DNA of 63,421 nt, counting the filler, from Octopus bimaculoides (Eukaryota), in the NCBI RefSeq assembly GCF_001194135.2. It is 6 parts of 6 records of this genome, joined end to end, with 100 filler letters (N's around TTAATTAATTAA, not from the genome) between each part and the next. Parts side by side here need not be neighbours in the genome. Positions count along the whole stretch, not along the records: positions 1 to 15,734 come from NC_068988.1; 5 more parts are not named here. One strand, given 5' to 3'. Under the pieces are notes generated by a model. That model did no database searches. It was not told where the DNA came from and worked only from the letters and a program-made list of their open reading frames with translations. Position numbers and translations under genes: made by a program. Shown here piece after piece: positions 1-11,570 of this stretch. How positions within the stretch are numbered: position 1 is the first letter of the stretch; the number at the start of each line of letters is the position of its first letter.

Positions 1-467
1 TATATATATAGAGAGAGAGAGAGAGAGAGGGATAGATAATAAAGTTAAAAGAATAGGCAATTTATGCTGCACATATGTCAGTAACATTTGCATTGATTAC
101 ATGTGTATAACATCATCACACAAATGCCTGCCACGTCTTCAGGCCTCCAAAGCACCTAAGTCGGTTGCCTATAAATATGGCAAGCATTTTTATGGGATAA
201 TACATATGTAATCAATGAAAACTGTTGAAACATGACCAGCCTTTACTGAGGCATTGTTTTACAGTCATATGTCCTTCCTGTCAGTAACTTCTAACTGTGT
301 TTCAAATAAGGCAGTTTTTATTCAACTTATCTTTGGACGATGTGTTAATAGGGAATTGTCAACAAACATCACTGCCCATATCTTGGGGAATGTTTTTCAT
401 TTGACGTGAGCACACATACATGCATACACACATTCAATGAACTTTTCGCAATTTCTATGTATCAAAT

Positions 468-590
468 TCAGTCACAAGGCATTGGTTGGTTGGTCTCAGG
501 CTCTTGTAGAAGACTCATGCTGTGCTGTGGGACTGAACCTGGAACCACATCATTGACAAGCAAACTTCATAGCCATAGAGCCCTGCTTGT
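468..590 (-). mobile_element. SINE-E 5-prime fragment, degraded
   Basis: Matches the reverse complement of the SINE-E head seen at 43591 (gtgggactgaacctggaaccaca...agcaaactt...). Confidence 0.5.
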
Positions 591-1721
591 ACATGTATAT
601 GTGAATGCATGTGCGCGCATTCACACAGGCACACACACACACAAATATGTATGTTGATTTAATTTGGGAGGGTCATACAGCAAACAAATATACATTCTGC
701 TTATAGTTTACTTCAGTTTTACTTCCATTGTTAAAATTTGTCTTCAATCTTTCTTCATACTGCTGCTGTTTGTTTAATGGATTCATATCCCACAAGTGAT
801 TTTGTTTCTTATGTATCACTGTTTGGCTTCCATTGTTTTGTTTATATTTTTACTTTCATTTGTTTGCTTTTGTTATTGTTGATGTCAACATAAGAATGAG
901 TGTGTGTGTGGGTGTCACTGAGTGATTGTGTGGGGATCTAAGTAGTCTGTAGTTTTTATATGTGGTGGTTGATTTTAGTTGGTTTTAACACACACAGAAA
1001 TACATATATGTGTATGAATGTATGTGCATGTGTATGTATCTATATTATGTGTGTATTTGCATTTAGTTTGTACATTTTCTGTGTGGAGCTGACTTTTGTT
1101 GTATTTAAATAAGGCAGTATGTATGTGCACGCATGTGTGTGCAAATAAGGCATGCACATACATGTCTATGTGTGAGGATGAAACCATAAGTGTGTGTGTG
1201 TGCACGCGCGAACATGCATGAATGTGTGTGTATGCCTGTATATGTGTATGCACATTACATACAAACCACAATAGAGCACTAGTGTCTCTTACATCCAAAT
1301 GTGTTTTTAGCTTTTGGATGTAAATCCATTTTGATGAATGTACAAGAGTGGAGCAAGCGCTTGCGTGATTCTTTACCAAATTACATGTTTTATTTATCAC
1401 AAGAAATTTAAAACAAAACTACATAGTCATCTGAAAGCTCATAATAGAAATACCATCAAATCTGGAATCTGTTACAGCCATAAGTCTGACCCTACCTGCA
1501 CTCAGGAAATTCCTGTTGGCGTCCTGGGATCCACGCACGAACACGATCAATTAATTAGCCGTCATAGGAAGACAAGACTTTGTTGTTGACAAGTGATGAT
1601 GTTTTTCACTTCTCCATTTTCTAGAGAGGCCATAGGCCAACAGGTTTTAGGGTCTGGGAAAACACTGTAAAACTAAGCACTTTATGGACGTGAAACCCAG
1701 GGTAATCCCATAGACTGGTCA

Positions 1722-1763
<42 letters not shown>

Positions 1764-1768
<5 letters not shown>

Positions 1769-1787
1769 ATAAAACTGAGAATGTGCA

Positions 1788-1855
<68 letters not shown>

Positions 1856-2175
1856 TGTGCATCACTAATACTCGAGAACTACCTAACCAATTTCATTCAA
1901 ATTTTACACATGCCTTACTTAGGGTCTATGGAGTGTCATGGGCCAAAAGATTTTCAACTTTGTGCTTAATGCAAGCACAGAGCAATCTCTTAACTCTTAC
2001 ACTGTTTCAGGATTACATGTCGAAAGTGAAACAATAACATCTCTATTGTAATGTGATATAATACTTTCACTATTATTGGTTTCAATTTCAATTACTGTCA
2101 CTATGTATATATATATTAATAAATCTCAGGGTAGCAAAAAAATTTAGAAAATCTATTTACTACCAGTGGTCTAGC
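1764..2175 (+). mobile_element. Non-autonomous Helitron-like element, 5-prime part
   Basis: Starts TCTATATAAAACTGAGAATG, then a (GT)n tract and 'aaccaatttcattcaaatttt', the layout I recognise from Lep1-like non-autonomous Helitrons. No clear 3-prime hairpin or CTRR; the end is approximate. Confidence 0.4.
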
Positions 2176-2378
2176 GAGAAGAAGTGGTTTGGAGTTTGAC
2201 TGCTTCTTCTAACAGGTTAGGTGTCCTATTATGGACATCTCTCTTATGTGTTTAAATGTACACTGTCTATATATATATTAGATCATGAAAATACTGGTTA
2301 GTTACCAATCTATAGAAAGTTCAGCTATAAGGTAACCATATAAACTGTGGTTCATATATTTATATGTTTAAAGAATAA

Positions 2379-2716
2379 GGAGAAAATGGAGAAGTAATTA
2401 ATAGAATTATTTATTTATTATAAAATGTGACATCTCTGGCAGCTGTTTCGATTCAGAAAACTTTAGATAATTAATTTATAAAATTAAAATCATTACAAGA
2501 TGAATCTCTTCAGAGGTAGTAATGGTTTTATAACTGTTATCTCAACATTTATTTCTAATTGGCATACCTTTGCTACCTCTGGAAAGATTCATCTTATATA
2601 GATTTTCATTTTATAAATTAATTATCCAAAGATTTCTGCATCGAAACAGCTGCCAAAAATGTTGTCATATTTTATAATTACTAAAAAATTTTATTAGCTA
2701 CCTTTCCATTTTCTCC
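2379..2716. mobile_element. MITE with about 145-bp TIRs, Kolobok-like
   Basis: Arms 2379-~2525 and ~2567-2716 are inverted copies (GGAGAAAATGG...GGCAGCTGTTTCGAT...AGATGAATCT..CAGAGGTAG). GG/CC termini; TTAA on the right (2717-2720) and ATAA on the left (2375-2378). Confidence 0.75.
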
Positions 2717-2730
2717 TTAATTTTATATAT

Positions 2731-3180
2731 ATCATCATCATCATCATCATCGTTTAACGTCCGCTTTCCATGCCAGCATGGGTTGGACGATTTGACTGAG
2801 GACTGGCAAACTAGATGGCTACACCAGGATCCAATCTGATTTGGCAGAGTTTCTATAGCTGGATGCCCTTCATAATGCCAACCATTCTGAGAGTGTAGTG
2901 GGTGCTTTTACGTGCCACCGGCACGAGGCCAGTCAGGCGGTACTGGCAACAGCCATGCTCAAAATGGTGTATTTTACGTGCCACCTGCACAGGAGCCAGT
3001 CCAGCGGCACTGGCAGCGACGTCGCTCGAATGTCTTTTCACGTGCCACCGGCATAAGTGCCACTAAGGCGACGCTGATAACGATCACGCCCAAATGGTGC
3101 AACTTACGTGTCACTGGCACGGAAGCCAGACAGCTGCTCTGGCAACGATCACGCTCGGACGGTGCTCTTAGCGCTCCACA
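2731..3180 (-). mobile_element. SINE-B with (GAT)n tail and four about 65-bp tandem units in its head
   Basis: (ATC)n tail at 2731; core ggatgcccttc...gccaacca shared with the copies at 12783, 13215, 21580 and 27322; motif acgtgccaccggcac recurs at 2910, 2976, 3040 and 3106. Confidence 0.8.
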
Positions 3181-3829
3181 TGTATGCATACGTATACATC
3201 GATACATATACATACACGTATATATACATATATATACATATATATACATACATACAGACATACATACATACATATATATATATATATATNNNNNNNNNNN
3301 NNNNNNNNNNNNNNNNNNNNNNNNNNNNNNNNNNNNNNNNNNNNNNNNNNNNNNNNNNNNNNNNNNNNNNNNNNNNNNNNNNNNNNNNNNNNNNNNNNNN
3401 NNNNNNNNNNNNNNNNNNNNNNNNNNNNNNNNNNNNNNNNNNNNNNNNNNNNNNNNNNNNNNNNNNNNNNNNNNNNNNNNNNNNNNNNNNNCTTCGAAAT
3501 ATATGTTGGAAATAAAAGTATGCAGTTAACATATGCGTTTTACTCCATTTACTAAATTTATATATACTCAAGTACCCAAAATAACAAGGAGTTTCTACCT
3601 CATAAACAGGAATTACACCACAGTCATTCTGTGATCTTTGCTACCCTGGTATCTATTAACCAATTTATTTTGTCCAAGTTATTTATTAACTAGGAGAAAA
3701 TAAATACATATAATATAATATATATAAACTTTTTACTTTGAGTGAGAGGCCCTTTGTCACCAGCAGAGGTAAGAGCTCTCTGAACTTTGTCCAGGCTATT
3801 CTTATTCTAGCAGCTACACTTTCAGTGCA

Positions 3830-4442
3830 CCCTCCCCTCCACTACTAACTTGGTCACCTAGATAGCGGAAGCTATCAACTACGTCTAGTTTTTCTCCCCG
3901 GAGTGTGGCAGAAGTTGTTTTCTGCACATTTTCAGTGTCTATTGCTCCTGAACATCTGCCACATACAAAATCTAACTTCCTAGTTAACCTTCCCTTGATA
4001 TTGCTGCATCTCTTATGTGTCCATAGCTTACACTGGGTATATCTTATAGAGTTTCTACCTACGCCTTTTCTACAGATCGAGCAGGGCCATCTACCTGAAG
4101 GGGTTTGTGTTTTGTCTACCTTCCTATTTATTAGGACTTTGGTTTTAACTACATTGACTCTAAGGCCCTTCGATTCTAGAGTGTCCTTCCACACCTGAAA
4201 CTTCTCCTCTAGTTCTGATAGTGACTCAGCAATTAGGGCAAGGTCATCAGCATAGAGGAGCTCCCAGGAGCATCCTGTCTTGAATTCCTGTGTTATTGCC
4301 TGGAGGACTATAATTAATAGGAGGGGGCTGAGGACTGAGCCTTGGTGGACCCCTACTTCTACCCGGAATTCTTCACTTTATTCGTTGCCAACCCTCACCT
4401 TACTGACAGTGTCTCTGTACATGGCTTGCACAGCTCTCACTA
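3830..4442 (-). pseudogene. RTE-clade LINE reverse transcriptase fragment
   Basis: Translates VGVHQGSVLSPLL...ELLYADDLALIAES...GLRVNVVKTKV, then a Cys-rich insert WPCSICRKGVG...WTHKRC...FVCGRC, then FRYLGD. In-frame stop; truncated at both ends. Confidence 0.9.
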
Positions 4443-5430
4443 ATGAGTATGGTTACGTGCACGTGTGTATTTGAATATAACTGCGCATATAGGTATGTGC
4501 ACATGTGTGTGTGTGTATTTGTATATGTGTACATGCATGGTTGCATATACATGTGCATCTATTTGATAATATCGAAGTCTCTTTCATTCTTTTGTTGTCT
4601 TACCATTACTATAAATATATATATATATATGTATATATANNNNNNNNNNNNNNNNNNNNNNNNNNNNNNNNNNNNNNNNNNNNNNNNNNNNNNNNNNNNN
4701 NNNNNNNNNNNNNNNNNNNNNNNNNNNNNNNNNNNNNNNNNNNNNNNNNNNNNNNNNNNNNNNNNNNNNNNNNNNNNNNNNNNNNNNNNNNNNNNNNNNN
4801 NNNNNNNNNNNNNNNNNNNNNNNNNNNNNNNNNNNNNNNNNNNNNNNNNNNNNNNNNNNNNNNNNNNNNNNNNNNNNNNNNNNNNNNNNNNNNNNNNNNN
4901 NNNNNNNNNNNNNNNNNNNNNNNNNNNNNNNNNNNNNNNNNNNNNNNNNNNNNNNNNNNNNNNNNNNNNNNNNNNNNNNNNNNNNNNNNNNNNNNNNNNN
5001 NNNNNNNNNNNNNNNNNNNNNNNNNNNNNNNNNNNNNNNNNNNNNNNNNNNNNNNNNNNNNNNNNNNNNNNNNNNNNNNNNNNNNNNNNNNNNNNNNNNN
5101 NNNNNNNNNNNNNNNNNNNNNNNNNNNNNNNNNNNNNNNNNNNNNNNNNNNNNNNNNNNNNNNNNNNNNNNNNNNNNNNNNNNNNNNNNNNNNNNNNNNN
5201 NNNNNNNNNNNNNNNNNNNNNNNNNNNNNNNNNNNNNNNNNNNNNNNNNNNNNNNNNNNNNNNNNNNNNNNNNNNNNNNNNNNNNNNNNNNNNNNNNNNN
5301 NNNNNNNNNNNNNNNNNNNNNNNNNNNNNNNNNNNNNNNNNNNNNNNNNNNNNNNNNNNAGATATGGATGCATAAATAATTGTCATGAGTAATAATAAAT
5401 TCTCGTGTATTCCATCTTCCGTCTTTTGTT

Positions 5431-5461
<31 letters not shown>

Positions 5462-5463
<2 letters not shown>

Positions 5464-5620
5464 CTTTATTTAAAAGCAGCAGAAATATAACAAAAAAGTG
5501 GTACTTGGAGTTTCACGTTCCTGTTCATCAGACAGTTTAGTTAAAAGCTGTCTGATGAACAGGAACGTGAAACTCAGAGTAACGGTTTTTTGGTATTTGA
5601 GTACTCTTTTTTGCACCTTG
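5462..5620. mobile_element. Inverted pair of Penelope-like terminal repeat fragments
   Basis: Perfect 28-bp inverted repeat 5508-5535 / 5548-5575 with diverged extensions; both arms carry a hammerhead core. The Penelope assignment is inferred from the motif type. Confidence 0.6.
5544..5589 (+). ncRNA. Minimal type I hammerhead ribozyme (candidate)
   Basis: Stem I AAAGCTGT 5544-5551 pairs with ACGGTTTT 5582-5589; CTGATGA 5552-5558; 2-bp stem II AC/GT; GAAA 5569-5572; stem III ACT/AGT; cleavage triplet GTA 5579-5581. Confidence 0.7.
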
Positions 5621-5737
5621 TTGCACATTTATGTGCTTACTCTGGTATATATATGTATATATATATGTGTGTGTGTGTTTGTGTTTGTGTGTGTGTGTGT
5701 GTGACATATCTGTGTGCTATATATATATATATTTATG

Positions 5738-5852
5738 TGTGTGTATTTGTGTCTATTTGTTCCCCCCACCATCTCTTAGAAGCTGATGTTGGTGTGTTTA
5801 TGTTCCTATAACCTACCACTTTGGCAAAAGAGACTGATAGAATAAGTACCAA
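5738..5852 (+). mobile_element. SINE-E 3-prime fragment
   Basis: gttggtgtgtttatgttcc...ggcaaaagagactgatagaataagtacca matches the 3-prime half of the 43591 copy. Confidence 0.6.
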
Positions 5853-6018
5853 GCATATGTAGATAGATAGAATATATGCACACATCTCTCTTACATCCAT
5901 TCTCTTTCGGTTTCTATCTCTCTCTCTCTCTCAGTATGTGTGTGTGTGCGCACATTCATGCATGTGTATGCCATATAATTGGATGGCTGTTGACTCTCCT
6001 TAGTTCCTCTGCCAGCCA

Positions 6019-6236
6019 AGGCCTTTTCCCAAGCAAATCAGAGATATAAAAGAATTATCAGTTCATCAACAATCTACCACTACCATCATGATTGTTGACA
6101 AAAACCTGAAATATACATAGACCTTCACATATTTCCCAGGGATAGAGTAAACTCAATTGCCCCTCTTGATGATGAAATAATCAACTGCATAGCCAAATCT
6201 ATGAATGCTTTTGGCAAATTTTGTCATCACCTCTGG
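6019..6236 (+). pseudogene. RTE (BovB-like) LINE fragment, left part, split by a hAT insertion
   Basis: Translates LDDEIINCIAKSMNAFGKFCHHLW, like the RTE motif IDDEI..RIAKA..AFG.L...LW. Continues at 11470. Confidence 0.75.
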
Positions 6237-7506
6237 CAGGACCGGATTTAAACTGGGGGTAGGTGGGTCCCAAGGTACTTCAAGTTCAGCGGGCTCCTAA
6301 GAAAATTACCAAATTTAAATGTCAAAACCTATCTATTTCAAATAATGAAATTTGATGAGTTAGCAGAGAAAGTTTAGATAAATGACTAAAAGTGTTGCTT
6401 TATAGATACACTTTTTCAAAATTCAAATTTTGTTTTGTACACATCCACTTGTGGTGTTTGACTTTTCTTTCAATGTGAAAAATACAATGAATGCAGGGAA
6501 AATGGGGTAAGATTTTTTTCCCCTTCAATGTGAGTTACATATGTTTCACAGTGTAGAATAAGATAAAAATGACAGAAAATTACAAAAAAGAAAAATATCC
6601 TTTTTGCGATTGTTTCTGTTCCAAAGACATGATGAGTGTGGTGTGTGTGTGTGTGTGTGTGTGTGCGTGTGTGTGTGTGTGTGTGTGCGNNNNNNNNNNN
6701 NNNNNNNNNNNNNNNNNNNNNNNNNNNNNNNNNNNNNNNNNNNNNNNNNNNNNNNNNNNNNNNNNNNNNNNNNNNNNNNNNNNNNNNNNNNNNNNNNNNN
6801 NNNNNNNNNNNNNNNNNNNNNNNNNNNNNNNNNNNNNNNNNNNNNNNNNNNNNNNNNNNNNNNNNNNNNNNNNNNNNNNNNNNNNNNNNNNGAGAGAGAG
6901 AGAGAGAGAGAGAGCAAGAGAGAGGGATGGAAATACCAACGTTTAAAAGACATGTATTTTAAAAACAGCTTCCATTCATTGTTTTGTAATGTGAGGAAAA
7001 AAAGTGGGAGAAACCCTAACAAAAACAGAAATTCAAACAGCCATTTCCAAAAGTCTGCTTTTTCAGTTTCCAGTAAGATTAGGTGGGGCACAATGAATAA
7101 TATTTACTGCATTTTTGACTTTGAAGAAAATATATTTTTTACAAATGTTCACTACTTTGCCAAAACTATATTAGCAAAGTAAAGACCTTGTCTAGATGCA
7201 GTAAAGCCTATAACATATTCAGAACACTATTTCAGAAAATTATCACTGCTCTCTTTGAGCACATAAGATAAATTTAGGCGGGGCAAAATGGATAAGACAA
7301 GACAAGGTAAATATGCCCTTCCAGTTTTTCAGAATTAAATTTGTAAAAAGAGCTATACACATAAACATCCATCCTTAGACATCAGAAAGATTAGAAATGC
7401 AACAAAATTTAAAATATCTTGGTCAAATGAAAAAAGATTATAGGAAAGTAGCGCACAATATGAAATTAATGAAACTCAACTAAATCAATATAAAATATTC
7501 TTTATA

Positions 7507-8751
7507 TCAGGTCATTAGGAATGAAATGTCTGATTTTGAACTGAAAGTTTATTTTACTTTATCTCAACAAAAAGCAATGCACCTAAATCACCAACACAAT
7601 TTTGCCATTTTATCGGTAGCTTATTTATGTTGGCAGCGAAGAATTCCAGAGAGCAAGAGGTGATGAAATCACGAAAGGTTGTTTTCGCATCTTCTTCAGA
7701 TTTGAAGTCTTTTCCTTGCAAAAGTTGTCTAATGCCTGGAAAATGTCATAGTCAGTTGGTGCAAGGTCTGGTGAATATGGTGGATGACAGTGTACTTCCA
7801 AGTTCAGTTCGTTACTTGAGTAGCCTTCTTTGTGCAACATGTGGTTGAGCATTGTCTTGCAAGAGAATTGGCTGGTCTCTATTGTTTAATTGCAAGTTCA
7901 CTCATTATTTCGTATAACTGTTTGATGTATACACCCACTGTAATTGACTTGCTAGGTCTCATGAAGCTGTAGTGGATGACACCAGTGCTGGACCACCAAA
8001 CAAACAAACACCATTAGCTTTTTTTGGTGAATATCTTTTTTGGATTGTGCTTTGGCACTTTGTCTCTATCTAACCACCATTCAGAATGCTTACTATTGTT
8101 GAAAAGAATCCATTTTGTATCACACATAACAATACAATGCAAAAATGGTTCACTTTTATGCCGTGACAGCAAAGAACAGCAAGATTCAAGATGATGTATC
8201 ATTTGATGCCCATTCAGTTCATGTGCAACTTCTTTACCTTGCCAATTTGTTTCAGATGGTCTAATACAGTTAGAATTGAAACATCAACCCTTGCTGCTAA
8301 CTCACGCATAGTTTGAGATGTATCTGCTTCCACTACTGATTCTAGGTCATCATTATCTACCATGGTCTCAGGTCTACCATGGGGCTGATTTTCAAGTGTA
8401 AATTCACCAGACTGGAACTTCTCAGACAATCGACATACAATGCATTTGTTTGCCACATCTTCACCAAACACCTCACTGATGTTTCAAGCTATCTGGGATG
8501 CATTGGTTCCATGACGAAACACATATCCATAAACAACACGAAATTTTTATCTATCCATGGGTTCACTAAAATTGATTTACTAGAGATAACTCACAATATA
8601 ATCAGACACCATGAATTGTATTTCAAAAAGTGATGATGTAACTCTTCAATGTTGTAAAACAAAGAATTGTCAGGATAAATAAAACATTAGAGGTAACAAC
8701 TGTCAAACTTCGTGCATAATAAAATCGGACATTTCATTCTTTATGACCTGA
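7507..8751 (-). mobile_element. Full-length mariner, cecropia/Hsmar1-like
   Basis: About 31-bp TIRs TCAGGTCAT(T/A)A(G/A)GAATGAAATGTC(T/C)GATTTT with TA outside both ends; 1245 bp. Confidence 0.92.
7560..8558 (-). pseudogene. Mariner transposase, disrupted
   Basis: MDR*KFRVVYGY...HLKQIGKVKKL, WVP motif deleted, EPFLHCIVMCDTKWILFNN, HPPYSPDLAPTDYDIFQALDNF; several stops and frameshifts. Confidence 0.9.
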
Positions 8752-9850
8752 TAGCTTCTTCACTATAGCTTCTTCGCATGATCCATTGCTAGAGTTTATG
8801 CAAAAAGTTCTGAGTGTCTGTATTTTAAAATCTGATTTTTTTTAAAAATTGAAAAGAAGTGGGAAATTTTAGGATTTATGGGGTTTTAAAAGATAAAGAC
8901 AATTTTTTTTTCTTTATGCAATATGTATGAATTCCAATGCATAGAACACAAATGCACAAAAATTATCTGAAAATTCCAAAAATTTAAAGCCACAACCACC
9001 TGTTACCTTCATTTCTACTCTTTGTTGTATTTTTTAAAAAATTGGAGTTTAAAATATGGACAGTTTGAANNNNNNNNNNNNNNNNNNNNNNNNNNNNNNN
9101 NNNNNNNNNNNNNNNNNNNNNNNNNNNNNNNNNNNNNNNNNNNNNNNNNNNNNNNNNNNNNNNNNNNNNNNNNNNNNNNNNNNNNNNNNNNNNNNNNNNN
9201 NNNNNNNNNNNNNNNNNNNNNNNNNNNNNNNNNNNNNNNNNNNNNNNNNNNNNNNNNNNNNNNNNNNNNNNNNNNNNNNNNNNNNNNNNNNNNNNNNNNN
9301 NNNNNNNNNNNNNNNNNNNNNNNNNNNNNNNNNNNNNNNNNNNNNNNNNNNNNNNNNNNNNNNNNNNNNNNNNNNNNNNNNNNNNNNNNNNNNNNNNNNN
9401 NNNNNNNNNNNNNNNNNNNNNNNNNNNNNNNNNNNNNNNNNNNNNNNNNNNNNNNNNNNNNNNNNNNNNNNNNNNNNNNNNNNNNNNNNNNNNNNNNNNN
9501 NNNNNNNNNNNNNNNNNNNNNNNNNNNNNNNNNNNNNNNNNNNNNNNNNNNNNNNNNNNNNNNNNNNNNNNNNNNNNNNNNNNNNNNNNNNNNNNNNNNN
9601 NNNNNNNNNNNNNNNNNNNNNNNNNNNNNNNNNNNNNNNNNNNNNNNNNNNNNNNNNNNNCTCTCTCTTTCTCTCTCTCTCCTCTCTCTCTCTCCCACCC
9701 CCTCTCTCACACACACACACACGTGTGTATACATACATATATATAAGTATGTTTGTAGCACTATGGTCTTCAATAAATATTCCCTGGGGAGTAGTGAGCC
9801 AGGTTCTTTGAGATCAATGCTAAGTATGTGTGTGTCTGTGTGTGTGCGCA

Positions 9851-9894
<44 letters not shown>

Positions 9895-11469
9895 TAGGCC
9901 CTTAGCCAACTGTTATTGCCAGTCAATGTTTCTAGGGCGCTTTTGAAAGAACTGTATGTGTGTGTGTGTGTGTATTTTCCATCTTAAACTGAGTGTCAAC
10001 ATAATACATTCACTGTGTATCAGCCTTTTAACTTTTGTTGTTTCTATTTTTGATTTCCCCACATACATACATACATACATACATACATACATACATACAT
10101 ACATGCATACATACATACATACATACATACATACAATGATTACTTTGGGTACCACTGACCAGCTATGCCTGACCAGTTCTTTGAAACCAAAGCCAAGTGT
10201 GTGTGTGTATGTGTGTATGTATTCTTATAATTTTGTTGCTACTATTTTTGTTGACTTTGCTTCTTCTCAGTGTTATTTCTTTCATCTTTCTAGGGAATTT
10301 CCAAGGGAATTTTATGACCAGCTTTGTTTTGTTTTATTCTATTTTTTTCGTTATTCTTGTTTTGAAAATTAAATTAGTAAATAAATTAGTAAAGTAAAAT
10401 AGTAAATAAATAAGTAAATAAATTAGTAAAATATGTCTAGCAACATATTTCAGGGTGTTTTTTAAACAAGTTTCTTACTCTCATTTACAGGATCCACATA
10501 GGAAACTACTGGTCTAGAGCACAATTTTCCATGACCCCTGAAAATTTATTGTGAACCTCCAATTTGCTGCATTTCATTTGTATGGACCCCAGTTGAGAAC
10601 CCCTCATGTAAACTTTACTGACCAATTTTTACTCCCAGCTGCATAACCTATACTGACCAAATTTTATTCCCAAAGATGATGCAATGGTACAAAATGAGAG
10701 AAAAGAAATAAATAAAAAATTATTCATTTTGACTCAGTTATCAATTTTGCTCCACTTGACAAGACAACACATGCTCACAGAAATTACCAACTACTGTGTT
10801 GTGATTTTTTGAGTCAAAACAAAAGAATGCCTGCAATAATTCTAAAGCCCCCCCCAAAAATGCATATAACTGTTGAAAGATGTAATTTTATAATTAAAAC
10901 TAAATTAAAAAGTTTTCTTTACTTACTTGCTTCATGAAATAAGACCGGTTTTCAATGCTGCACTGAAATAAGTTTAGAAGTAGAAATGTGTGTGTGTGTG
11001 TGTGTGTGTGGCTTAAACTGCTATTGGTCAACCAAGGTCAATAACATTTTTCTATCAATCTCTTTATCTTTATGTACATTCATACTTATACACACACACA
11101 AGCACACACATACACTCACAGAGACATACATACATTTTCAGGAGTGTTCTATTGTTTCCCTTTTCTCTGTTGTCCCAAGAGCAGCTACAATTCCCTTGGG
11201 AATTATAAGGTATTTTTTAATTGAATTATTTGGTGTCTCTAAAGTGGTAAAATCTATAGTTATTTATTCATAAAAGAGAATCCATTACATTTTTTTAGCA
11301 GTCAAAAAAAGTTATGAAGTCATGGAGAGAGCCTCTTAATGCCTGATTGCTGGGAGGTGGGTGTTAGCCTTCTTGTATTGAGTGCTACATACCTTTCATA
11401 GCAGGGGCCCCCAAATATCTAGATACCCAGGGCAATTGCCTCCCCCCCCCCGCTATAAATCAGGCCCTG

Positions 11470-11570
11470 ACCTCTGGCATGAATGAGAATCTTAGAAACA
11501 AAAGTTCATGCTACTAAGCCATAGTCCTTTCTACTCTACTCTCCTGCACAGATCAGAATTTTGACTACCC
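11470..11570 (+). pseudogene. RTE LINE fragment, right part
   Basis: LWHE*...ILETKVH...AIVLSTLLSC with frameshifts, continuing the 6019-6236 fragment (RTE motif GI.L.TK..VY.A.VL.TLLY.CETW). Confidence 0.7.

Larger units (their letters stand above)
6237..11469. mobile_element. hAT-superfamily DNA transposon, decayed, with nested insertions
   Basis: Imperfect 14-bp TIRs CAGGACCGGATTTA (6237) and TAAATCAGGCCCTG (ends 11469); exact 8-bp TSD ACCTCTGG at 6229-6236 and 11470-11477; host RTE reading resumes across it. Confidence 0.85.

Noticed and set aside
2905-3175. Repeat-and-spacer look resembling a CRISPR array
   Set aside because: The spacers are homologous to each other, the array sits inside a SINE, the genome is eukaryotic and there are no cas genes.
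4443-5392. Long ORFs in the track (also 9015, 21732, 47890, 53814, 59083, 60507)
   Set aside because: They are open only because they run through N gaps and microsatellites.
6930-7200. Possible hAT transposase traces inside the 6237-11469 element (IHCA..., LKYMSFKRW on the minus strand)
   Set aside because: Too degraded, and another weak motif near 6310 points the opposite way, so it was not used as evidence.
10293-10302. NF-kB-like sites GGGAATTTCC (here) and GGGAATTCCC (49652-49661)
   Set aside because: A rough estimate gives one or two such degenerate 10-mers by chance in this much sequence.
10451-10605. Possible Charlie-like MITE (CAGGGTGTT...GAGAACCCCT)
   Set aside because: The TIR match is poor and there is no 8-bp TSD.
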